Source: Botryllus schlosseri (Eukaryota). From it: a DNA stretch of 64,000 nucleotides. Of this stretch, positions 24,994 through 37,116 are shown in pieces. Under the pieces are notes generated by a model that was not told the origin of the DNA, ran no database searches, and worked only from the letters and a program-made list of their open reading frames with translations. Position numbers and translations under genes: made by a program. Within the stretch, counting starts at the first letter, position 1; the number at the start of each line of letters is the position of its first letter. The DNA is taken from positions 34,226,001 through 34,290,000 of the forward strand of contig CM119372.1 of assembly GCA_051294905.1 (NCBI GenBank), read 5' to 3'.

Positions 24994-26872
24994 TATATAT
25001 GCTTCACATTTGACACGATCTTATATTGTACGTTCTTTCGGCCTGCTAAACATGGACCATTCCGGCCATCTTTGTTTATGCGGTCTTGATATCATCATGT
25101 TTTACAGATATCACGACTGCCCTGCGGGATGGCTCCGTTGCAAAAGACGGTAATTTCCACAAATCAGGTAAGGTCGTAGGAAAATCTGTACTCCGTGCGT
25201 TCCACTGCAGACGGCAAATTAATTAAAATTGTATATATGTAATAGGGGTGTTGCGAACGTTTGGCTAACCTTCGTCTTCGGCGCGAAACAGTGTTTGGAT
25301 CAAGTCACTATACTTTCGATCCCCCATTCATTTGGAGTAGAAGCAAATGTCGTCACGAGACAAGTTGTCTCGCATTTTCCAATCGTGACTCATTTACAAG
25401 TCATAAAATAATTTTAGTTCAAGTCGTGCAAGTTGATGTGTGGATGTAGATACACATGTCCCTACATATTGCATATAGATAGGCTAACGGCAGACCGCGT
25501 TAAACATGATTCCATGCAATTTCAAAACTAATAGGGCGATATGAGTCATTATTTCTTCATGTTGGAATACCTCACACAGAGTATACTCCAAGGTAATTAC
25601 TATGGCAGCAAAATTCAATGTAAGTGACGCTTATAACATAAATTTCATAGGAATGCAACACCAACAGTCAGCACCAACCCGTATCCGTTGTAATATTATA
25701 TATGTCCCATCTAAGTCTATCGATCCCGGTAAATCTGGGTGATAGTGAACATCCTCTTCGGACAGTTACAAAGATCATATAACGAACGCAAACTTATTTC
25801 TAGGGAATTCTGTTAGTTCACGGGGCAGAACCTGCCTCGGTTCGTACAACGAATACGAACGAGAAGCGAGCGTTGGCCCTATACCAGGCCTGGGCAAAGT
25901 GCGGCTCGCGAAGCCATTCTGTGCGGCCCGCGAAAGGTTACTTGGAATTCATAACATTGAACCTGCTTTTTGAATGGTGATGCGTGGACTAAAATCATAG
26001 GCCGTATCAACTAAACAGGAAATTCGTTTACTTTGAAGCCTGTTCAATAATATGCCACGATTACGCTGCCTACGTACCTCGCATGCGTAATCCAGATTTA
26101 AAATAAAGTCAATGTGGCGAAGAATGAGTAGCAAAAATTTGCCAGAAACCAATCTTTGCATATAGTTTAGGTCAAATTTTTTTCTTGCCATTGTCTCATT
26201 ACGCATTACACCAGAGGTCTCAAACTCAAATGTGCTCGCGGGCCAGTTTTACAGTTTTGACGACGCCGCGGGCCGCAGCATTTATAGAGTATTCTATGTC
26301 TTTCCAAGTAGGCCTTATTTGGCGGGAATGAATCGTCCTATTGAGAGTGAGCCGATCCAGCAGACTGACAGTAAACACACATCGTCAAAATGTGATTTAC
26401 TATTGTATTAATTCAGGCCTGGCACGAAAAGAATCATCACATTTATAACTATTTGAATAGAATCGTTGTTGTACTTGATATATATTAATTATACGATATA
26501 GACACCATATGGGAGGACAAATGTATGATGCCATCATGAAAGCTATCGGGTCATAATTTTGCAGCTACTATTGAATATTGTGAATAACAGATTGATAATA
26601 GAGACTGATCTGACATCAAAACATTTTTAGGTTGAGCTGTGACTCCAATCCAAGATTCGGGTATACTTCTGATAAGTGGGCCATTAATCTCATGGTCAAA
26701 TATCTTCAAATATAGGAGCAGAAAAAATATAAATATATTAATGAATGTGTCCTAGTTATTGAGATGTCGGAACGCTGAACGGCCCATTGTTGTTACATCA
26801 TTGGAGCGTACCACATACGGTACTCGGTACCTTTTGAGTGGCCTTAATAACATGGTTTAGCGACCAAAGATG

Positions 26873-28888
26873 CAGGGTTGTAACCAAGTCACATGGTTCC
26901 GAGTCACGAGTCAATCATACTTTTGTGGTTTTGACTCGAGTCGAGTCGAGTCATTTTCAATTCATCACAGACTCGAGTCCGAGTCCAAGTCACCGTTTAA
27001 AGGGTCAAGTCCGAGTCATGGTGTTATGACTCGAGTCGAGTCCAAGTCACAGTATTGAAGTCATGTTCAACTCATGTTTTCAATCCTGCTTGGGTAATAT
27101 CGAATTCCTTGTTTGCGAAACATGCTCATTTTGTCCCTATCAGAGTCTTGGCACGTGTTTATTTAGGCAGATAGCGGACAGGTCCTGGCCTCATTAACCG
27201 ATGCTAAAGATAACTTTACTAATCTTAGAACTTAAAATCGAATATCTCTCTTGTCAGTCTGATACATCACCAATACAAGCATTCAGTTTTTATTATGAAC
27301 ACATCGACGATAGTTCACGAATAGCTGATAGAGAACCAACAAATTCACGTCAAGATACTAGTTGATAGAGAATCAATAGATGCATGTTTATGTAGAGGTA
27401 TTTACAATAGGCCAGCATGCTGTAAAAGCGTGCATGCAACTATGTGCATTGTGCAGTGACAACAGAACAGATACCCTTTGATTATACTAAAGGTTTTCCC
27501 AATTGCATTACAGACTACATCGCAGTTACAGCATTGGAGAAATAATTGTACAATGGGGCTGTTCAAAAACATTTTTTCAAATTTTCCGGCTACTTCTTAA
27601 AATTGCTAGATTGCCTAAAAAATCAAATTTGGCTCAATTCCAACCATTAGAAAGCAATGCTATGAAAGAAAATTTTAGACTAATTACAAATAGAGATTTT
27701 CGAATTTTACCGGCTATCTCATGATATTGTTACATTGTGTAAAAATATGATTCATAGCAAATTTGACTCAATTCCAACTAGAAAAAGTGAAGTTATTAGA
27801 GTAGAATGTTTTGGATATGAAAAAATAGTCGGCTTACTACTATGTAATTATAATATATGAAAGAATTTTTCACTAAAATACTCCATTTATTTTCAAATCC
27901 AAAATATTCTCCTCTCACATCATTGATTCCACTTTTTTCAAATTAAGCCAGATTCAGTGTTCCTTTTATGCAACATAACAATTTTATCAAGTAACCACCC
28001 AGTAAAATAAAAAAGAAGTTATTTTAGAACAGCCATATTGTACAAACATCACACAACATTAGCCATTCATTATTTTTCACGTGCACAATGCACATACCTA
28101 ACAAAACGTCAAATGGACGAGGGGCATCGTGTGTTTTCACAGACAGCAGATCAAATCAATGAGTTACACCTCAAAAATACTAATGTGGAAAGGAGATCCT
28201 CAAATATGTTAAAGCGGCATGGCCGTACAATGAATCCACATCTACTGAATACACGCTCCACTAGTGCACTCGATGCAGGAATTGACAAGCATTTTTGAAC
28301 CACACTGAAGAGCATTTAATACTCATTCTTTCTAGTCGCATAAAAATGCAAAGAATCATCGCCTTCAAATCTACACATGAGCTTATCAGTCTCTTCACCA
28401 TCTGAGTCATTTCATTGGCTCTAATTGAACTTTGATCCAATTGTTTGCTTGTATAATTGAAAAGTCTTGAGTACTTTAATTGCGGAGGATCTATTACCTC
28501 TTCATCACTGGACGATTTTGTACAATGCATTGCTACTATGTATCATTTTCTGTTGTTTTTACGGCGGCATATCTGATATCAGACAAGTGCAACGAAAGCA
28601 GTGGTGACAAATAGCGATGTCGGCAGAATTCGTCGGATGCGTTGATCTAGCCATTATGATTCGCAAATTTCTTCATCTTCAAGTCATATAAAATAAGCCG
28701 AGTCAATGACTTGGGTCGAGTCATGCGTAATGACTCGAGTACAAGTCGATTCAATCCAAATATTGACTCGAGTCGAGTCGAGTCATTTTCCCCTTTCAAG
28801 AAAATGACTCGAGTCAAGTCGAGTCATAAAAAAATCGTGACTCGAGTCTGACTCGAGTCGAGTCATGACTCGAGTCATTACAACCCTG
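26873..28888. mobile_element. Long hAT family C element nested in family B
   Basis: TIR cagggttgtaa/ttacaaccctg; perfect TSD CAAAGATG; GACTCGAGTC arrays; transposase remnant inside. Confidence 0.92.
28151..28375 (-). pseudogene. hAT (Ac-type) transposase C-terminal dimerisation domain remnant
   Basis: DSLHFYATRKNEY*MLFSVVQKCLSIPASSALVERVFSRCGFIVRPCRFNIFEDLLSTLVFLRCN: the hATC motif LSIPAxSAxxERxFS, with an in-frame stop. Confidence 0.85.
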
Positions 28889-30291
28889 CAAAGATGTAAC
28901 CAACAGAATGACAATGGTTTCCATAACCACTTGCTTAATTAGCGAAATACCAATCTGCCCCCTTCAGATCTATTAATATTCCCCTGATACGCGATTAGTT
29001 TGTTGGGTCCATGATTCTAACAAATTCACGGCATTCCGAGTCACTCCGAGTCTGGGTAATTCTAAGAAAGGTCGCGTCCAAGCCCAACTCACAAATTTCA
29101 GTCACGAATCGTCTAAGGGTCAGGTTTTGTCATCATGAATGGGAAATGTGGCGAAATAGCTAATCTTTCACTGCATATGGTAGCGTTTGCAAATGATGCA
29201 ATAGTGAAGTTTGCTGAATACCTTCAGGCTTTCGGAGCAATTCAAGAGGGAATTTTCACTTTATAACCTGAAAAGATATGTGACACTTATATATTGTCAA
29301 ATTAATAAAAATCTAAAATGTCGCCGCGGGTCGCACAAAATGCTCTGGCAGGCCGCATGCGGCCCGCGGGCCGCGTGTTTGAGACCTCTGCATTACACAG
29401 TACGTGTATCAAATTCTTACGTGAGGCGTTTCCTAATCCGTAATTCGTAAAATCGATCAGTGGTCACTGGCCAGTGCTCGCGATTACTGTATGACTCATC
29501 ATATCTATCACCCATAAAGGATGAACGGGCATGTCGAAAAGAGAAAGCCAAAAGCTGAAATTCAAACAGGGTTTCGAGCACTAAATATTTGTATACTGGA
29601 GTTAGGGGTAAACCCGTCCTTTTAGTTTTTGCGGAGCATGTCGTAGAGATTAAGGATTTTGATTATAACGAAAACACGAAACACTCGGTCAAGGAAGGGC
29701 GAATCTCCGAATAACTGCAACCTTCGCTCAACATCAAAGCTAATTGAGATGCACATGCACAGTTGCACACTGCTCGGAATGCAGCGACCAAGACAAGCTT
29801 TGTACTATCCCAAATACATTCCAGTGCGGTGGTTCTCGAACTTGGGAGGGGGGCGTGAAAGCATCTGAAGGGAGGCGCGAAGACCAAGTTAAATGATTTT
29901 TTGTCGCGCTCGCGATCTACCCTAGCTCGTAACACGGTTAATCCCCTGTGTATTGTCCGACTTTGATATCACAGAATTCTCTCATGAACAACAATAATCT
30001 ACCATGCCTTCAAACCGTCCGTTGGAGATGGTAGCATTCTGGTTGCTCTTTTCAATATGCTGAGATAACATAATAGGATTAGGTCGCGCGAGATTTTTCA
30101 CTATCATAAAGGGGGCGTGCCTAAAAAAGTTTGAGAACCACTGCTTTATTGTCTTAATAGAAGAACGTGGATAGTGGTTTAAAGAGAGTTAAAAGATATC
30201 ATGTTTAACATTGTTTCGAATCATGACAGCAAATAAATATTTTATAATTAACCGCCACTTTCTCATTACCTAACATCAACACATTCACTGA

Positions 30292-30294
<3 letters not shown>

Positions 30295-30331
<37 letters not shown>

Positions 30332-30575
30332 TATTCTTTTTCGCCTGCACCACCGAGATGCTTTGACGACGGAGATGCGATACGGCCTTTATAGTAAGGT
30401 CATCTAGTCTGCACCCCCGGTTTTATTCTCCTCCATGCTATCCGTGATTGCTGAGCGCCTAGCAGGATAGCCGCGGATACCAGTTTTCGAGTCTTTGGTC
30501 TGACCCGGCCGGGGATCGAACCCACGACCTACCGATCGAGAAGCCGGACGCACAACCATTACACTATCTCGCTCG
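30295..30575 (-). mobile_element. Full-length tRNA-derived SINE with a Meta-like central domain and (TC)n tail
   Basis: Minus strand: A box TAGTGTAATGG, B box GGTTCGATCC, core GGGTCAGACCAAAGACT..AAAACTGGTATCC..CCTGCTAGGCGCTCAGCA, about 17 TC units; GAGCA duplicated on both sides. Confidence 0.8.
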
Positions 30576-31309
30576 GAGCATCATTTATTAACAATGTAAT
30601 TTAGAAATAAAATTAAAATACGCTGGAGAATATAGCTACAAAATTTCACTCGGCCCGCCAACGTATTTTCTATTTCTCATTTGGCCCACGGAGGAAAATA
30701 ATTGCCCAACCCGTCCTATGCTGACCTAACTGCTCATATTAACCGTGCATGGTGATGAATATCACGAAATCCATATTTTCATTATACTGCAATCTTGCGG
30801 TGTTATGGAATTGACAAAACTTTTAATGATTGACTGATTGACTGAGATGAATAAATGATTTTTTGCAATCAATAACCACAAATTTATGGCGAAGAATTCA
30901 TTATACTTGTTTTAGCCCGGAATAATTACTTGGAATGTAATTGTTTTGCAGGACTGATGCAGGGAAGGAAAGATATCTCGATTGACATTCTACGGACAGT
31001 ATTTCAGTTGTAGCGTATTCCGCAAATATATTTGAAGCTATCTGCTTTCAACCTTTACATTACTGGCAAGGCAAAGCATAAGCTCTGGTATTCATGGTCT
31101 GTCGACAACTAGCATATATATTCATTTGCACCAGATCGCTCATCATACACATGATTCATGTGCAAGTGCAGCCGACTTACAGCAAGGCCCACTTTCGTTC
31201 TAGGCTGCTATAAGACACTTATAATCGTCGGGTCGTTGATCTAACTAACTCTCTGAAGCGGATGCCAAGGCAGATTTGAGGGATATATTGCAACGAATGC
31301 ATAGTACGC

Positions 31310-31395
31310 GCGGCGAGATAGCGCAGTGGTATAATCCACGGCTGCAACACCAATAGGTTGCGGGTTCGACTCTGACCGAGGTCAACTTCGGACAC
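31310..31395 (+). mobile_element. tRNA-like SINE head (second SINE family); inverted body fragment at ~31090-31230
   Basis: A box TAGCGCAGTGG, B box GGTTCGACTC; matches the copy at 55652. Confidence 0.6.
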
Positions 31396-33956
31396 ACATT
31401 ACCTCTCCATAATAAGAATGGTTCATCGGTAAAAAGATATCACTCATAATCAATGTTTCCCCGTTTTTCATGAGTCTGCGCGCACTCATCAATTCGGTGC
31501 GCCGTCCCTTGGACAACATTTGAAGATCCGAAGCAGAGGACAGTTGACTAACCAAAAATTTAAAATAAGTTCATCAGTTTGACTAGACAGCTAGGGTTGT
31601 CCAAAATAAGAAAAATCTCGAAAATGCTTCGGTGTATTGTCTCATTCTATAGATTATTGTTTAAAAAATACAATAAGCCTGGAAGAAGCTCACAATAAAG
31701 TGGTTAAGATTTCGTGCAGAGCATTTAAAAGTAGCTACTGAAGAATGGGCGTGCCACCGAACATAGAACGGCGCGAAGACTATTAATCACGAAATCACGG
31801 CTCAGTGCCCCCTTGATTGACTATAATCAGATATGCCTTAATTATCGCGACAGCGGCAGCTTGCTGATTAGGGTGGAGTGAAAAATGAAAATTTTTGAAT
31901 TTCAAAAAAGTGCCGTGATATGAGGTGCCAAATAGTAAATAAATAAATTCTATCATAATTTTGGGTTCATACACCATCTAGTGGTCGTGCATTTTCACAG
32001 AACGTGCCGAAAATAGTCAATTTCATCATATCTTGATAACCTCTTACACTAGAAAGCTAGTTATGAGCTTAAAAGATGCAGCAACAACATGTTTCTATCG
32101 CACTTCCATAGAACTTACTCTTAAAAATGAAAAGAGCAAATTACTGACTTTATAGGTAAAATTAAGCACTGAAGCAGTGGGTAGGATGTCAAAAGCGTGT
32201 AGTGATTGATCTTATGACTGAGCTGTGACGTCTGCATTGTAATGGAGTTTGGCATTGCGGCATTGGGGCCATGACATTTCGGCGCTAGAAGATATCAATA
32301 TCGAAGGTCGATACGGAATAGCGTACGATCGGTCGGTCGCATTCCAGCGGATAGCCGTACTCGACCACCTGTAAGTCATATATCCGTGTTTGTGTCGAGA
32401 CTGCATGAGGAAATATACTAACTATGCGCACCGAAATAGCGAGTAATAATATCATGAAAATATAGCGCGATTGTTGTCGGAGCGCAAAAACATATTAAAA
32501 TTCACGAAAGAACATCGTCAATAATATGAGTAGTTGCACATATCACTATCAAATTTGTATCTTTCTCACCCTATTTCATTAGAATTACCGTTAGATCTGA
32601 TAGATGGGATGAATTCGAAATTTAGGGCACGTATTTTAATGATCGTGCATTGTCGGATGTGCCCATTGTTATTAATCACTTCATTGCAATATGTTGTTAC
32701 TCGACTTCCCATCATGATTGTCGGTTATGGTGAAAAGATAGTGGAATCGGCGAAACGTACCAGAAATCAAGTCGTGAGACGCACGCGATTCCAAATTGGT
32801 ACTGTCTTATGGGGCGTCAACTTTTTGTATGACGTTTGCAATGGTACTGTATATGACTCGCACTTCATAGGTACTACAATCGAAAAATTGAATTGCGCTG
32901 ATCGCGTGAAGCGCGAAGAGAATTTTTGAAGTGGAATTGCAATGTCTCCATGCATTTTGGTTGGATGAAAATAAAGACTCTCTCTTTCTCTCTCTCCGAA
33001 ATTTTGGAACCGATAGGTTTAATTCAAATTGCATGACGGCCGCCAATGCTAATTGCATTACGTGTAAATACACCCGCATAACTATTCGTTTACCGCCGTG
33101 GTCACCTCTGATCTTAGGCAATATTTTGTTGAACGCAGCGTTGTGTCAGATCAAGAGTATGTGGCTATATGTTCGTAGCCGGAGGGTTCCAGGTTACCGT
33201 CGCAGGTTATCGGACACAACGTCCTTTATTGCCACAGCCTGCGTGCGAAAAGTTCTAATGTGATAGCAAAAAGTCGTCAACTGAATCAGCTAGCCTTTTA
33301 GAATTTATATCTTTGCGAAGTGATTCTAAAAGAGAATCTACGTCCCCAACCCCGAACTTCACCGCACGTGACTGATTAAATTGATAAAAAGTGGCAAAAC
33401 AGATTGATTTTTATACACTTATGCTCTCTTTGGACTCCGGCACGCTAGATGGTGCACGGACTGCACGCGCACCATAACGTTGCATGTTATTTCCCCAATA
33501 TCAAAGCGCACACGCTTTCGTCACGACGTCGGATCCCATGACCAATGTGACCATTGACCATGGGCGTTTCAGTTTTAGCGCGACGTGACTTATCGAGAGT
33601 GGCGATGATGCAGGCGGGTATACTGTTTAGTGACTCCAGTATAGTTCAAGGCTGCAGAATTGATATTATTAGGATATATCGAGTGAATCAGTTATCATGG
33701 GAAATGTATGCAATGCATATTATAATCAATACCGCCTTTATGCTATAACTTCTATTAGGCTATCCCCGGTAAGTCACTGACGTGATTGATGCGACGTAAT
33801 CGGTGTAGCTTGTAGGTGTTCATGGAAAAGAATAGCCGTAAATCGGAGAACCAATGTTTTCCACCCGATCAAAGGGATAAATAGGTCGTGGCACCCCATC
33901 GCTTGATCAGTAATGAGTTGCTTATATATAGCTTATATATTTACTTACATATAAGA

Positions 33957-34323
33957 TAGGATTACCATACTTTTTTGACTTTTTTGAAAGTGTCCCCAGA
34001 GGACGCCTTTTTGTCCTATTTTTAGAGATTTTGTCCTCTTTTTTGAAAATGTAGGTCACATTTAAAGCAAAATGCGAGTGATATGCCGTAAATTAGCACA
34101 GAAGTGACGCTTAGAGCTCTGAGCGAAAAGTTGACCTTTTTTGAGTCAACCACCTAGCAATGTGGAGAGAAAAACGGTATTTTGAAAGTGGACCTTTTTT
34201 TTAGTCAACCGATCACAAAGTGGGAAAAATTCACCGATTTTTGAGAATTCTTCTCCGGTTTTGCAAGTCTCAAATTTCTGAAAAAGTGTCCTCTTTTTAG
34301 ATTTCCAAAATATGGTAAGCCTA
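33957..34323. mobile_element. TAGGG-type hAT MITE (family of 617-890)
   Basis: Ends taggattaccata / tatggtaagccta; GTCCTC/GAGGAC motifs; no TSD seen. Confidence 0.65.
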
Positions 34324-35063
34324 AAACAGCAGTGTTATTATATCAGCTGATTGTCTTGAAAGCTCACAATGAACTACGCCAGTCCTCTTCAGCCGCGATC
34401 GCTATGTTTTACTCAAATTTCCTCAAAACTGCATATCTCAATCTACATAATATATCAAAAATGCGTACTGCGTTGTAATCCTAAACGAGATAAGGCTGCA
34501 AGGTTTAATACATGTTAATGCTAAAACCTAACAACGCTCGATATTCCTAGACCGCGACCTCACTAGATGGTTATCGACCGGAGTCTGTGCAGCATTTTCC
34601 GGAAAGCCTTTTTGCGAAACAATTGAAAGTCAAATTTGTGATAATGTAAGCCAGGGACGGGCAACATACGGCCCGCGACGGCATTTTGTCCGGCCCGCGT
34701 ACAGTTTCCCGTCTTGCATGATAATGTGACCCGCGGCCACAGTCTGCCGAGATTCCCCACTACTTGTTTAAACGTCAAATTTTAGTGACTGTTTGTTATT
34801 ACATACGTGTCTGCGCAGCCTGCGAAAGTAGAGGTTACGCGTAAGTTCGTTGAACCGAGAAGACTTGCATTATCGGCATTTACCATGTACTCAACCCTAA
34901 TGAATTGATATATTGGTAAATTTGCGGCGGGCTTATCAAACGCCTTGAAATCTTAATTAATGATTGCACCATAGTGTCCTATATGATGTGGACACAACCA
35001 AATCTCACGGCTCAGTGAGATTGGTATCTCACGGCTCAGCGAGATTGGTCTACGCCACACTTT

Positions 35064-35509
35064 CCGTCTTGCCGAACGTTAATTTTGATAAAACTGGTAT
35101 CGATCGAAAGCTACCGCGGTACTGATTGCGTAAATATAAATTTTATTTTGCGCGTGGCCCTGGACCCCCCCAGAATCAGCCTCGAATGTTGCATTGTAAC
35201 GTACTTTGATATTGTGACGCAACCATGACGTCTGAGCAACTCGGGAGCAAGTGCGCACGAGAGTGAGAGTGTGACTGCCCAATCGGTTGCGCAACAATGG
35301 CCAATACGCTTGCGGTTTGCGCTGCTCCCACTTGCTCCCAGACGGCCAGGTGGCGTCACAATACCAAACTCCGTTATACTGCAACTTTCGAGGCTGATTT
35401 TGGGGGGTTCCAGGGCAACGAGCAGCATAAAATCTGTAATCTCGCAATCAGTACCGCGGTGGCTTTCGATTGATACCCGCTTTATCAAATTTCGCGCTCG
35501 GCAAGCCGG
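35064..35509. mobile_element. Foldback-type MITE with long imperfect TIRs
   Basis: Arms of ~170 bp, e.g. atcgaaagctaccgcggtactgattgcg vs cgcaatcagtaccgcggtggctttcgat. Confidence 0.8.
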
Positions 35510-36241
35510 TAATTATAGGACATTATGATTACACCGTGTGTTAATTGATCAGAGAGAAGCAGATATGGCGGCGCCTGTATGACAATGCTGTTCTCAAATC
35601 CACGTTGTCTTCGTCATTATCGGCGAGAAATAGCTTTGAAGTGAATACGATCTATTCCGTGTATATGTGGATAAGTAGGCTAATAATGTATCGATTCAGC
35701 AATCCGGCCTGCCGACTGGAGAAGTTGCCCGCAGGTGGATCATATGAAGCAGTTTGCTGATTAGCTGCTAAAACTTCATGGCTTACATTTGCCGACCGGC
35801 AGTTAGCGGTAAAATATCATACTGTAGCTGCTCATTTAAATTGCGTGCAAGTTATCTCGTTAACGAGTAGGTCCATCGATAGACAGAGATTGCTATTGTT
35901 CAGGTCTGTTTCATAAAGATTTGTGGAAGAATGCGAATTTCGAATAGAAAGGTCATTCTGGGTAATGAAAATCAGAAACCGTCGAAGCACGATGACATTC
36001 TCGGTGTTCTCATATTTGGCGTCGGTAGTTTATATGTGTATTTTCCAATGCTTTGCTAATGTCGGGAAATCCCGGTTTAAGGAGTAAAACTTCTTGAAAA
36101 TCCCGATCCCGTGATTTCAATTGTGATCCGGACAAATTCCAACCTAATTATGACTGCCTGTGCATACCTTCTTATAATTTGATACCAATTCACTAGTTCT
36201 AATTCGTATCAGGCAGTTGAGGAAAAGCACGAAGTGGTCGT

Positions 36242-36785
36242 TAGGGGTCTTCAAAAATGAATATTTCTCAAATCGTACTGGCTACTTGATAAAATTGTTA
36301 GGTTACCTAATTTAGGCCTACACACCAAATTCGGTTCAATTCCAGTCAGTAGCCGGTAGCCGCGTTGCTACAGGATAAAAAAGTTTCTATTTATTATAAA
36401 AAAATAAATAACAAAAAATTCCAACCAGTGGAAGCGGAGTTATTGCCGTCGAAAAATTTGGATTTGAATGAAATAGTATTTACTCTAATATACTATAATA
36501 AATAAATAAAGAATTGGTCACCGTAAATACTATTTTATTCATAATCCAAATTCGGTAAACATGATTTCTATAGACAACCTAACACTTTCATGGGGTGAAC
36601 AGAAAATTGTCAAATTTTTTGTTATCTATTTTTATATAATAAATAGAAACTTTCTTCTCCTGTAGCAATACGGCTACTGATTGGAATGGAACCAAATTTG
36701 GTGTGTAGGCTTAAATTACGTAGCCTAACGATTTTATCAAGTAGCCAGTACGATTTGAAAAAAAAGTCATTTTTGAAGACCCTTA
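36242..36785. mobile_element. Long-TIR MITE with 8-bp TSD
   Basis: About 190-bp inverted arms starting taggggtcttcaaaaatga; TSD gtggtcgt/gtggtcat. Confidence 0.85.
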
Positions 36786-37116
36786 GTGGTCATCTATATC
36801 CACACTACGATTGTGTGCTGGGTAACCCTAAAATGATTAGAACTTTAATCGAGCATAAATTGTCAAGATTCGAGTATTGAAAGACGATTTTTATTAACCA
36901 CACCATAAAGCAGACGGTAATAATCATAATTATTTTCCTGACTACATCCCCAAATCTTTGCTGACTGTTAGATGTTTGAGATTCCTTCATCAGTATAGTT
37001 TGACTGTTCCGCGATTTAGGACCGTACTCCACTATTCTCGGTACACGTCCTCAGCCTAATTCGACTCATACTCATACTCAATCGTTTACCTCTTCAGCTT
37101 TATGCATGTTCTAGAG

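Larger units (their letters stand above)
26212..29390. mobile_element. hAT family B nested in family A
   Basis: TIR cagaggtctcaaac/gtttgagacctctg; perfect TSD CATTACAC. Confidence 0.92.
25885..30713. mobile_element. hAT family A (inverted relative to 19612-20966), expanded by nested insertions
   Basis: Ends caggcctgggcaa / ttgcccaacccg; degraded TSD ccctatac/tcctatgc; reverse-complement colinear with 19612-20966 once the inserts are removed. Confidence 0.8.

Noticed and set aside
31310..31395. tRNA gene (also at 55652 and 30500-30575)
   Set aside because: A and B boxes are present but no convincing cloverleaf; the sequences continue into shared SINE bodies.
32534..33263. Adjacent 131-aa and 110-aa ORFs
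   Set aside because: Non-ATG starts, no recognisable domain or splice structure.
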